This document shows, piece by piece, positions 10,357 to 17,482 of a DNA stretch of 25,387 bases (the stretch's first letter is position 1; each line of letters begins with the position of its first letter). The notes under the pieces were generated by a model. The model saw only the letters and a program-made list of their open reading frames with translations, did not search any database and was not told where the DNA came from. Source of the DNA: a virus (lineage: Duplodnaviria; Caudoviricetes); IMG/VR virus record IMGVR_UViG_3300042307_000508, positions 1 through 25,387 of that record; one strand, 5' to 3'. A program made the position numbers and the translations under genes.

Positions 10357-11057
10357 AGTACCTGTTCTGCATTGTGTTCCTGGCTTCCTGTGTAACCACG
10401 GAGAAGCCTCCGGCATCGGCTACCGATCCAGCCAATGTTAGTAAACTGGGTGACAAGATTGATACCACTGAGGCGCGGGCGGCTGCTGCCGTTACCGTAG
10501 CGGTGGAACGGGCTGACCAGCCAGAGGTGGTAAAGGCTGAAGGTAAGGTGGCTCTAGCCTATCTTCCTGCCCCGTCTGAGGCTGACATCGCCTTTGCCCG
10601 TGAACGGGCTTCCAATGGCGATCCAGAGGCTTACAAGACGCAGATTGCCTATGCCAAGGGTCTACAGGCAGAAGTAAACAAGATGTGGGAAAAGATGGAG
10701 TCTGACAATCTACGCAATCTTGCGTATATTAAGGCTCTCAATCTACGCAACGAGCAGCTTGCCAAAGAAGTTGAGAAGGTCAAGACCGACGCTGACCGTA
10801 ACTTCTGGACGATGCTTGCCGGGGGGATGTTTGTCCTTGGGGCTGTAGTCTGTGCCTTCCTATCCTGGAAGACGGGCGCTACCCTTATCTTCCTATCTAC
10901 CGTGGCTGGGTCTATTCCAGTCATCCAAGGTTCTGCCTATTTTCTACCTATCGTCCTCACAGCCATTGGTATTGCCCTGTCCTTCGGACTCTGGGTTCTG
11001 TGGGACAAAGCACGAGACAAAGTAAATGAGTCCCCCTCCCCCTCCAGCCCCGACTAA
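10353..11057 (+). CDS. Lipoprotein with C-terminal TM helices; candidate unimolecular spanin
   Basis: MKYLFCIVFLAS-C lipobox (Cys13), Ala-rich helical/coiled-coil middle, three hydrophobic segments near the C-terminus, next to a holin-like gene; ATGA overlap with upstream gene. Confidence 0.6.
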   Translation: MKYLFCIVFLASCVTTEKPPASATDPANVSKLGDKIDTTEARAAAAVTVAVERADQPEVVKAEGKVALAYLPAPSEADIAFARERASNGDPEAYKTQIAYAKGLQAEVNKMWEKMESDNLRNLAYIKALNLRNEQLAKEVEKVKTDADRNFWTMLAGGMFVLGAVVCAFLSWKTGATLIFLSTVAGSIPVIQGSAYFLPIVLTAIGIALSFGLWVLWDKARDKVNESPSPSSPD

Positions 11058-11406
11058 TCCAGAAGACTATCAAGCCATCGTCAAGGACTCGCTTATTGCA
11101 AGCGTCCTAGGTGCTGGCGGGATGGTTGCACGTATGCTCCTCAGTACCGAACCGTTGACCTTTGGCTGGATCGCCAGGCGGTTGATTGCTGCTTCTCTGA
11201 TTGGGATATTCGCAGGGTTCGCCTTGCAGGAATATGTAACATCTTTGGTGATGCGTTTCGCTTGTATCGGTCTTGCCGGGGCAGCTGCCAATGAGATTAT
11301 GGAAGGCGCTATCAAGTGGTTGAAGGGCCGGATTAACAAGGAAACCCAAGGCGTAACCAAAGGAAAACCCAATGGAAAAACCAAGCGAGCAAAGCGTAAA
11401 CGCTGA
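11026..11406 (+). CDS. Putative holin (three TM segments, LydA/class I-like)
   Basis: 126 aa; three hydrophobic segments with small-residue patterns (GAGGMVAR, GIFAG, GLAG) and a very basic C-terminal tail (GKTKRAKRKR). Confidence 0.7.
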   Translation: MSPPPPPAPTNPEDYQAIVKDSLIASVLGAGGMVARMLLSTEPLTFGWIARRLIAASLIGIFAGFALQEYVTSLVMRFACIGLAGAAANEIMEGAIKWLKGRINKETQGVTKGKPNGKTKRAKRKR

Positions 11407-11698
11407 ACGTAACCTAATCTGGTCAGTAGGAATCATCCTATTCCTGTCGTGCGTTTGTGCCTTGTATACTGCCTACATTATCCAGATGACCTTGGACAGC
11501 CTGGGGTCATCCAAGACAATGGCGTTGATTATTGTCGATGGCGGTAAGTCCTTTAAGTCCGACGATGCCACCCTTGAACACGATCTGAACAGCGCCACCT
11601 TTGCTCTTCGTATTGCCGTTGAAATTGCTTATGCAATGGTGGTGTCCTCGTTGATTATGTCTGTCGGTTTGATTGTGCGGCTTGTGAAGAAGGAGTGA
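11372..11698 (+). CDS. Two-TM membrane protein, possible lysis accessory
   Basis: 108 aa; hydrophobic helices near both termini around a ~45-aa polar loop; last gene of the + strand block. Confidence 0.6.
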   Translation: MEKPSEQSVNAERNLIWSVGIILFLSCVCALYTAYIIQMTLDSLGSSKTMALIIVDGGKSFKSDDATLEHDLNSATFALRIAVEIAYAMVVSSLIMSVGLIVRLVKKE

Positions 11699-11720
11699 AC
11701 AAAGTTATCATCGGTATAGA

Positions 11721-11749
11721 TTGACGGATAAAAAAAGACGACACATAGT
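11721..11749 (+). promoter_or_regulatory. Candidate sigma70-type promoter TTGACG-N17-CATAGT
   Basis: -35 at 11721-11726, exact 17-nt spacer, -10 at 11744-11749 (4/6); no + strand CDS follows. Confidence 0.4.
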
Positions 11750-11757
11750 ATGTCATC
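11730..11757 (-). terminator. Intrinsic terminator for the minus-strand operon
   Basis: Minus strand reads GATGACATA-CTA-TGTGTCGTC-T7: 9-bp stem with two G-U pairs that form only on this strand, then 7 U; ~95 nt after the last minus-strand stop. Confidence 0.65.
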
Positions 11758-11850
11758 TTGAACGGGCGGGTGGGTGTTGATGTTGTGCGTGGCTCATATA
11801 AGGACGCTCCTCAAGATAGACCACCCTGTAGCCCACCAGCAGGAATGGTC
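11755..11850. ncRNA. Candidate structured RNA element, strand uncertain
   Basis: ATCTTGA (11755-61) pairs with TCAAGAT (11811-17); inner GCGT/ACGC stem; second hairpin GACCACCCTG...CAGGAATGGTC whose loop GCCCACC complements GGTGGGT (11769-75). Confidence 0.35.
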
Positions 11851-11852
11851 GC

Positions 11853-12125
11853 CTATTTCAAACCAAGCATCCGACTAACAATAGGGTCGAAGGAGTAATA
11901 CGGAATTCTGTAGATACATCTCGTCTTGTAGCGTTTCAAAACACGAACCTTACATATGCCCTCCTTAACCATCTTACGCGCCAATGTGGTGAACTGCTTC
12001 TTACTGCACTTCATCATCTTTATACATTCATCCCTGCTGTAGAACCCGGCAGGAACATCCTCTTCGTCGGAGTTACGGTTAACGTACTCCCGTAGAGCCT
12101 CAATTACGCTTTGTGTCTTTGCCAT
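11853..12125 (-). CDS. Small basic protein, possible HTH/winged-helix DNA binder
   Basis: 90 aa, Lys/Arg-rich, GFYSRDECIKMMKCSKKQFTTLARKMVKEG has HTH-like spacing. Confidence 0.55.
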   Translation of the reverse strand: MAKTQSVIEALREYVNRNSDEEDVPAGFYSRDECIKMMKCSKKQFTTLARKMVKEGICKVRVLKRYKTRCIYRIPYYSFDPIVSRMLGLK

Positions 12126-12285
12126 AGTCTTTGAGGAATGAGCGACATTGACCGTTGTTCTTAACGTCTGGCTTGAGCCACGCTTGCCATAGATCGTCTG
12201 CCGGGGCTGTGTACCGTAGGCAGTTGTCCTTGTTCGGACACATCACTTCTTTGATGAAGCCGTCACACTTGGAGATATCACTCAT
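12100..12285 (-). CDS. Small Cys-containing phage hypothetical protein
   Basis: Start moved to ATG 12285 (MSDISKCDG...CPNKDNCLRY...C), overlapping the end of the previous gene; four Cys may bind metal. Confidence 0.6.
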   Translation of the reverse strand: MSDISKCDGFIKEVMCPNKDNCLRYTAPADDLWQAWLKPDVKNNGQCRSFLKDYGKDTKRN

Positions 12286-12478
12286 CGTTCTGGATGTCAA
12301 AGGTGTCGTTCTTAATGATGGCAAACTGGTGAGTAAGCATATGACGAATCATACCGTCCTTCTCCAGGACTACGGCAAAGATGTCATTGCAATACAACCC
12401 AGATGGCTGGACATACAGGAGATACCCATAGCCCAGCGGGGTCTTCACCGGGATGGGTTTATTAAACTCGTGAATCAT
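12278..12478 (-). CDS. Small beta-rich phage hypothetical protein
   Basis: Start moved to ATG 12478 (MIHEFNKPIPVKTPLGYGYLLYV) to fit operon packing. Confidence 0.6.
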   Translation of the reverse strand: MIHEFNKPIPVKTPLGYGYLLYVQPSGLYCNDIFAVVLEKDGMIRHMLTHQFAIIKNDTFDIQNDE

Positions 12479-12767
12479 CTTTGTAGTAGTTGATTTCAAT
12501 GAAGAACTTGTCACGCATTTCTCGTGCCTTCTCCAGATCGGAACACAGTCTCTTGTTAATCCGCACACCATTCTGAGTGTACTTCACATACCAGATGCCA
12601 GTCCCGTGGGGGTTGCACAGGTTGCGATTGGGATTATCCCGTGCGCTTGTTCGTGGCATCAAGTCATAGGAAGGCTCAGAGAAGCCGGCCTTGAGTACCT
12701 CACGAAGCCTGTCCAGGTTCATACCTAGGGACTTGGCGCGTTCTTCTAGTTCGTCTGGTTCGCTCAT
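12462..12767 (-). CDS. Possible AP2-like DNA-binding protein
   Basis: C-terminal GIWYVKYTQNGVRINKRLCSDLEKAREMRD resembles the three-strand-plus-helix AP2/arm-binding pattern. Confidence 0.5.
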   Translation of the reverse strand: MSEPDELEERAKSLGMNLDRLREVLKAGFSEPSYDLMPRTSARDNPNRNLCNPHGTGIWYVKYTQNGVRINKRLCSDLEKAREMRDKFFIEINYYKDDSRV

Positions 12768-13516
12768 TTGTGGAGTTCTTTGTTGGGGAAGTACCAGCCG
12801 TCACCGAAGCGGTGGGCTTGCTTGCCGATGTAGTTATCTCCATCAACCTTGAAGTACATAAACCCGTTCTGCCAGCGTAGGCTGCCCGGCATCCGAAACG
12901 CATAGTCAGTATCCTCCTGTCGTCCGGCCCAGCCACAGAGCCAAGCTGCACCGCCATCAAAGGCTTCGATGTTTAACTGCTCAAGGCGATGTAGGTGACC
13001 CATACAGAAGCCACCGCCAGGCACACCGAAGATGCGAGCGTCCTTGAGCAAGGCATTCTGACCGTGGGAGAAGCCGTGGATGAAAGTGAGAGGGCCGATA
13101 CGCACACGACCCTTCTTCACGCTATAGGGCTTGATGACCTTGCAGCCGACATCACGAAGCGTCCGCATCATAAGGTCTTGGAGTTTCTGCATATCGTCCT
13201 TGTCCTTGATAGAGTCCGTGCTGTGGATGATTTGCCGGATTCTGTCGTCGTGGTTTCCGAATAGGAAATGGGTAGGCTTGTATCGCTTAATCCAATTGAT
13301 GCCTGCCTGGAGATCGTCCTCAAGCCCTTGCTTGGCTTCAGAGGATGACTTGTCTACCCCGCGCCTAGCCCATCGGAAGTCCCAGTTGTCCCCTAGGTGA
13401 ACCCGGTACTTGGGCTTCACGGTGGAGACGAACTCCATAATGGCATCGAGCGTATCCTCGCAAGCAAGGTCACCGTGGTTGTCGCCCATAGCGACGATGT
13501 CGTATTGTTCACTCAT
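12764..13516 (-). CDS. Calcineurin-like metallophosphoesterase
   Basis: All five motifs in order: GDNHG, LGDNWD, GNHD, FIHG, GHLH. Confidence 0.9.
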   Translation of the reverse strand: MSEQYDIVAMGDNHGDLACEDTLDAIMEFVSTVKPKYRVHLGDNWDFRWARRGVDKSSSEAKQGLEDDLQAGINWIKRYKPTHFLFGNHDDRIRQIIHSTDSIKDKDDMQKLQDLMMRTLRDVGCKVIKPYSVKKGRVRIGPLTFIHGFSHGQNALLKDARIFGVPGGGFCMGHLHRLEQLNIEAFDGGAAWLCGWAGRQEDTDYAFRMPGSLRWQNGFMYFKVDGDNYIGKQAHRFGDGWYFPNKELHK

Positions 13517-13848
13517 TTTGTTTTTCGGGTATAGGAGATGCCAAGTTTGCAGACCTTGTTTACAGATCGTACAGAATTGTAACTGAATCCGTGCTTCCTT
13601 GCAATCTGAGCCATTGTTAATCCAGACTGGGATTCGTAGATAACCATCAGTTTGACGTGTCCATATAAGGCACGGTTGTTGTGTCGCTTGAAGACAAGTC
13701 CAGATCGTTTAGCGCCACCATAGGCAGAGGCATAGGTGATGCCGTAGTGTTTAGCTGCCTCCAGGAGAGTCATCCCTTTGGCGTGGGCTTCGTGGATTGC
13801 TTCCTTGGTCTTACCATAGCCAAGGGTATTTGTGCCGGAGGAACTCAC
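13513..13848 (-). CDS. Tandem-HTH DNA-binding protein
   Basis: Two HTH-like units (GMTLLEAAKHYGITYASAY; GLTMAQIARKHGFSYNSVR); start placed at the GTG overlapping the upstream TGA (GTGA). Confidence 0.65.
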   Translation of the reverse strand: MSSSGTNTLGYGKTKEAIHEAHAKGMTLLEAAKHYGITYASAYGGAKRSGLVFKRHNNRALYGHVKLMVIYESQSGLTMAQIARKHGFSYNSVRSVNKVCKLGISYTRKTK

Positions 13849-14126
13849 GACTGCTTGCCCTCCTTGGCGGCGAGCCAATCCTTTGCAATACTCACATAAG
13901 GTGGATACGGCATATTAGCAGAGGCTTTTTTTAGCATCAAATCCCCTGCCCGTTTAAGGCTTTCGACCTCGGCCTTGAGGCGGGCGTAGTCCTCGTATTC
14001 GACATACTTGCCGTCTTTGTCTTCAATCATACCAGCGTCTGGATAGCAGTATCTCGCACCAGTCACATCGGTAAACGACTTGGAGTAGAACTTGATGAAG
14101 TGATGGTATCGCTTTGGTTCGCTCAT
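13845..14126 (-). CDS. Phage hypothetical protein with short coiled coil
   Basis: 93 aa; DGKYVEYEDYARLKAEVE segment shared with neighbours; ATGA overlap. Confidence 0.7.
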   Translation of the reverse strand: MSEPKRYHHFIKFYSKSFTDVTGARYCYPDAGMIEDKDGKYVEYEDYARLKAEVESLKRAGDLMLKKASANMPYPPYVSIAKDWLAAKEGKQS

Positions 14127-14819
14127 TGGTTGTCTGGGTTGATTTCGTCGAAGGTGGTCTTGCCTTCAAGTTCCTTAAGTTTGAGTTGAGCCGCAGGGGA
14201 GTGCATCACGGCCTTGGTCAGCCGCTCGACCTGTTCCTTGAGGTCTATCTTCTCATCGAGGATTTGCCTAGCCGTCAAAGCGATGTTCTGAAGTTCGTGC
14301 TGTTGCTCAAGATACTTCGTGTTGAGTTCGTCATACATTTCTTCCGTCACAATCAGCCGCACTCCGCCAAGGCGTTCAGTCAGCCGCTCGACCTGTCCGC
14401 AGAGCATAGCAGACTTTTCAATTTCCTCGTCTAGTTTCTGGTCAAGGTAATCACAGTTATTATCAAGGCGTTGCTTCTCCGTCAGCAACCATTGGTAGTC
14501 ACGCCATTCAACATACTGTCCTTCCTCGTGCGATTGCATCACATCACCGCCTAGCGTCTGCTGGGCTTGGATGCTGGCTACATTGTAGCGTGGTGGCTTG
14601 TTTAGGTTTCTCACGACTGCTTGTCCTCTAAAAAGTCGACCGTGTTCTGCAGGCTTTCGTTGTCCTGCTGAAGCCCGTGGATTTTGCGGTCGGCCTCGAG
14701 CAGTTGCTCTTTAAGGCTCTTAACCAGAAGGCAGTCGACGCGCTCGTGGGAACGGATCACTGCCTCGAGGCAACGGACCTCAGCCGTGAGGGTTTCGACC
14801 TCAGCCTTGAGGCGGGCGT
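13961..14819. repeat. Dispersed direct repeats among neighbouring small genes
   Basis: 27-bp TTTCGACCTC(G/A)GCCTTGAGGCGGGCGT at 13961-13987 and 14793-14819; 18-bp GTCAGCCGCTCGACCTGT at 14217-14234 and 14379-14396. Confidence 0.9.
14123..14614 (-). CDS. Coiled-coil phage hypothetical protein
   Basis: 163 aa; EGQYVEWRDY motif, heptad pattern, duplicated QVERLT; GTGA overlap. Confidence 0.7.
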   Translation of the reverse strand: MRNLNKPPRYNVASIQAQQTLGGDVMQSHEEGQYVEWRDYQWLLTEKQRLDNNCDYLDQKLDEEIEKSAMLCGQVERLTERLGGVRLIVTEEMYDELNTKYLEQQHELQNIALTARQILDEKIDLKEQVERLTKAVMHSPAAQLKLKELEGKTTFDEINPDNQ

Positions 14820-14910
14820 TCTCAAGGGCGTGGTCACGGCACTCATTGCCTAGACGGATTAAGTTAGTAGCAAAATCTTGGATGATTCTATCTTTGTTTT
14901 CTTCGCTCAT
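14611..14910 (-). CDS. Coiled-coil phage hypothetical protein
   Basis: Start moved to ATG 14910 (MSEENKDR, ATGA overlap); heptads incl. ARLKAEVE. Confidence 0.7.
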   Translation of the reverse strand: MSEENKDRIIQDFATNLIRLGNECRDHALENARLKAEVETLTAEVRCLEAVIRSHERVDCLLVKSLKEQLLEADRKIHGLQQDNESLQNTVDFLEDKQS

Positions 14911-15356
14911 TTGTTGCTTCCTTCTATGAAACGAAGAGGCGTAGGCAGTTGATAGCGTTCGCAGTAATAGTACAGACCGCGCCGGGTCGTGCCAGCCATA
15001 CGGCAAGCCTCACTTACTCCGTGCTTCTTAGCCAACTCATAGGCTACCCGTGTACGCAAGCCGTGCCTGGCGTTCTGATGCTTGCCATTAACCACAAGTT
15101 GCTTGGCTTGCTCAACCATACCATCTGCCTTCCACACCAGAGGAAGTTTATTATCTATGGCGTAGGTGCGGATGCTGGAGATAGCCACACCCCAAGACTG
15201 GGATGCAGCTCGCAGGGTGCAGTTGCTTCTGATGAGCATCTCGTAAGCGCACTGAATCTTCTTAGCCCGTGAGCGTGGCTTCGGCACTGCCACGACAGGC
15301 TTTGCGTACTGAGTCATTAACTCCCGTACACGATCTGGAGAAAGCAACTTGCTCAC
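14907..15356 (-). CDS. Tandem-HTH DNA-binding protein
   Basis: Two HTH-like units (CTLRAASQSWGVAISSIRTY; GVSEACRMAGTTRRGLYYY). Confidence 0.7.
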   Translation of the reverse strand: MSKLLSPDRVRELMTQYAKPVVAVPKPRSRAKKIQCAYEMLIRSNCTLRAASQSWGVAISSIRTYAIDNKLPLVWKADGMVEQAKQLVVNGKHQNARHGLRTRVAYELAKKHGVSEACRMAGTTRRGLYYYCERYQLPTPLRFIEGSNK

Positions 15357-15520
15357 TTGTTGATACGCAAAGCGTAGTTAAGGATTTCCATAATGTCGTC
15401 ATCAGAGAGGTCGGGACTTACCCGAACCTCCTGCGTGACAATGAACTCGGTCTTGGACTTAGACCCAGTCATTTCGTCGAGGGTTACCCACTCGTCTTCG
15501 TCGATGTGCGTGTTTTCCAT
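15353..15520 (-). CDS. Small acidic hypothetical protein
   Basis: Start moved to ATG 15520 (MENTHIDEDEW), 1 nt after the annealase stop; 55 aa. Confidence 0.6.
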   Translation of the reverse strand: MENTHIDEDEWVTLDEMTGSKSKTEFIVTQEVRVSPDLSDDDIMEILNYALRINK

Positions 15521-15521
15521 A

Positions 15522-16409
15522 TTAGAATGGTACGTCGTCGGGTGGGTTATCCGTGAGCAACTCGTCGATGGTAGCACCAGGCATACCGGGCATCGGCTTG
15601 TAGGCTTCAGCGGACTGGTCAAGGGAGTCACGGAATGACTTGTCCTTAGCAGAAATCTTACCGTTGTAAGGCTTCGGCTGGTAGTTCTCGCGCCACCACT
15701 TAAGGGATGCCGGAGGCAGCTGACCAAGGGTCTGACCCTTCTGCTTGCCAAACGGGATGACCACTGTACGCCACGTGCCATCAGACTCCACAGGAGCAGG
15801 AGCAGGGGCTTGGGCTACAGGGGCTTGATACGAACGAGCAGGGGACTCAAAGGACTGAACAGGAGCAGGGGATGCACTGCCATCACCACCGGCCCAAGCA
15901 GGGAGGGATGGAGGATTCCAGCGGAAGCGAGTACCGTTCTTAGTCTTGCCGTCATACTTGCCATCGTTGGCAATGATAGCCCACGCTTCGGGTAGATCGT
16001 ATAGGTAGCGCCCGATGCCCAGGTTCACCACGGCTCGCTTCATTGCACCAGAGGCAGCAGACTTAAACGGGTCGATGTCACCGCTGGCTTCTACAGCACA
16101 GCTGCCAGCCACGCTACGGCTATTGAAGACACGAGTCTCACCTTCCAGTAGGTTAAGGTCGATGGTGATGGTCACGGTGCAGACGGCTTGTGTGCCGATC
16201 TGGATGAACTTCTCTTCGTGCGACCAGCAAGTGCCGAACACTTCGTCCAAGCGTTCCATAGCAGCACGGTTGTCGATGTAGCACAGGCACTTTGCCCAGA
16301 TGCTACCGTCTTGTTTGTCCCCGGAGGACTGGAGTCGCCACTCAATGCGTTCAGCAGAGAAGGGGGCGCGGAGTTGCTTGAGCATTTCTGTCTGTTTTTC
16401 GGTAATCAT
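15522..16409 (-). CDS. Rad52/Rad22-family (Sak-like) single-strand annealing protein
   Basis: LRAPF..IEWR, YIDNRAAMERLDEVFG..W and KSAASGAMKRAVVNLGIGRYLY motifs; extra IPFGKQKG domain and DDVPF tail. Confidence 0.85.
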   Translation of the reverse strand: MITEKQTEMLKQLRAPFSAERIEWRLQSSGDKQDGSIWAKCLCYIDNRAAMERLDEVFGTCWSHEEKFIQIGTQAVCTVTITIDLNLLEGETRVFNSRSVAGSCAVEASGDIDPFKSAASGAMKRAVVNLGIGRYLYDLPEAWAIIANDGKYDGKTKNGTRFRWNPPSLPAWAGGDGSASPAPVQSFESPARSYQAPVAQAPAPAPVESDGTWRTVVIPFGKQKGQTLGQLPPASLKWWRENYQPKPYNGKISAKDKSFRDSLDQSAEAYKPMPGMPGATIDELLTDNPPDDVPF

Positions 16410-16413
16410 AGGA

Positions 16414-16713
16414 TTAGATATCGTCGGTTTGGTTATTGTATTGGGTTAAAGGGATTTCTTTACTGTAAGACTTCCACACATCGAAAGATGCTTCTTGGGA
16501 ACGCCAAGCTGCGTTGAACGCATCAAGCACATCTGGGTGGAGGTCACGTCCGTGATGCATATTAAACTCACGGAGGCTGTGGAAGACCTTCTCCATCTTG
16601 TCAGACAGATAGGCAATCTGGGTTTCTTGTTCGTTTGATAACACTTCGGCACGATCTACTTGTGCATTGGTGATGCGTAGTAAAGACCGAATGTCTTTTA
16701 TGGGGTTGCTCAT
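16414..16713 (-). CDS. Hypothetical protein
   Basis: 99-aa helical-looking ORF filling the gap on the operon strand. Confidence 0.65.
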   Translation of the reverse strand: MSNPIKDIRSLLRITNAQVDRAEVLSNEQETQIAYLSDKMEKVFHSLREFNMHHGRDLHPDVLDAFNAAWRSQEASFDVWKSYSKEIPLTQYNNQTDDI

Positions 16714-16731
16714 TGTGGTGGGTAGGGAAAG

Positions 16732-17196
16732 TTACTGGGCTAGGATACCCTTGGCTCGCAGGAGGATTGCCCTGCGTTTGCCGGAGGTTACGTTCTCGTT
16801 GAAGTAGAAAACCTTGGCTTGGTTGTAGCCCATATTGTAAGCCATATACAACTTCATAGGAGTAGGCTTAATCTTGTTACGAATCATACGCTCCTCGTGC
16901 ATCTTAAGGATGAGTTCAGCTGCGTGATGCGACATCGTGTAGTCGTGAGCATACGTCTTCCAGTTGGATGATAGGAGTGGATCGTGAGGGCCGGCAGTCA
17001 CCCGATTGTAGGCAACAGCATCAGCCCAAGCCGCCTCTGAAATCTGGAACGCGCCAAGGCTACGACCATCGTCACCGACAGCGTTCTCGTTTAAGTTAGA
17101 CTCAATGATACCGACCTTGTGGACGAGGTCAGAAGTAACAAGAGATTTGGCTTCGCAGGAGGCAACAGCCAGGAGCAGTGATAGCAGACGATTCAT
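16732..17196 (-). CDS. Lysozyme-fold lytic transglycosylase with N-terminal signal sequence
   Basis: IES (catalytic Glu), GAFQI and AYNMG motifs of SLT-like enzymes; leader MNRLLSLLLAVASCEA; alternative start at 17208. Confidence 0.8.
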   Translation of the reverse strand: MNRLLSLLLAVASCEAKSLVTSDLVHKVGIIESNLNENAVGDDGRSLGAFQISEAAWADAVAYNRVTAGPHDPLLSSNWKTYAHDYTMSHHAAELILKMHEERMIRNKIKPTPMKLYMAYNMGYNQAKVFYFNENVTSGKRRAILLRAKGILAQ

Positions 17197-17233
17197 AAGG
17201 ATGTGCATTGTATGTGGACTAAATGTTCATTGG

Positions 17234-17482
17234 TCAATATCTTTTCTTTAAATCTTTTAGGTACTCATTTAACGCTTGTTCACGGGCTGCACGGATGTGC
17301 TTACAGACCCGTTGCTCCTCTGGCTTATCCCACAGGCGGCGACTCCAATGTTCACAGGTGCAGTTGTTCGTAAGAATGTTAGTCGTGTAGTATGCCTGGC
17401 TGGTCTGGCTCTTAACCTTCCACAGCGTCAGCGGATACCGGCAGTCCAGTGCCTCAAGAGTGAACTGGGTGGTAGTATTCAC
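17234..17482 (-). CDS. SWIM zinc-finger protein
   Basis: CTC...CKH (CxC-xn-CxH); start tentatively set at GTG 17482 to reduce overlap (ORF track start 17548). Confidence 0.75.
   Translation of the reverse strand: MNTTTQFTLEALDCRYPLTLWKVKSQTSQAYYTTNILTNNCTCEHWSRRLWDKPEEQRVCKHIRAAREQALNEYLKDLKKRY

Noticed and set aside
11755-11850. tRNA, hammerhead ribozyme or ZTP riboswitch
   Set aside because: No cloverleaf with TTC loop, no CUGANGA/GAAA core and no convincing ZTP consensus; left unassigned.
13961-14819. Diversity-generating retroelement TR/VR pair or att sites
   Set aside because: Repeats are only 13-27 bp, and no reverse transcriptase or integrase is present in the window.
15521-15781. 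5' extension of ORF 15353-15781
   Set aside because: Overlaps the annealase out of frame; ATG 15520 right after its stop fits better.
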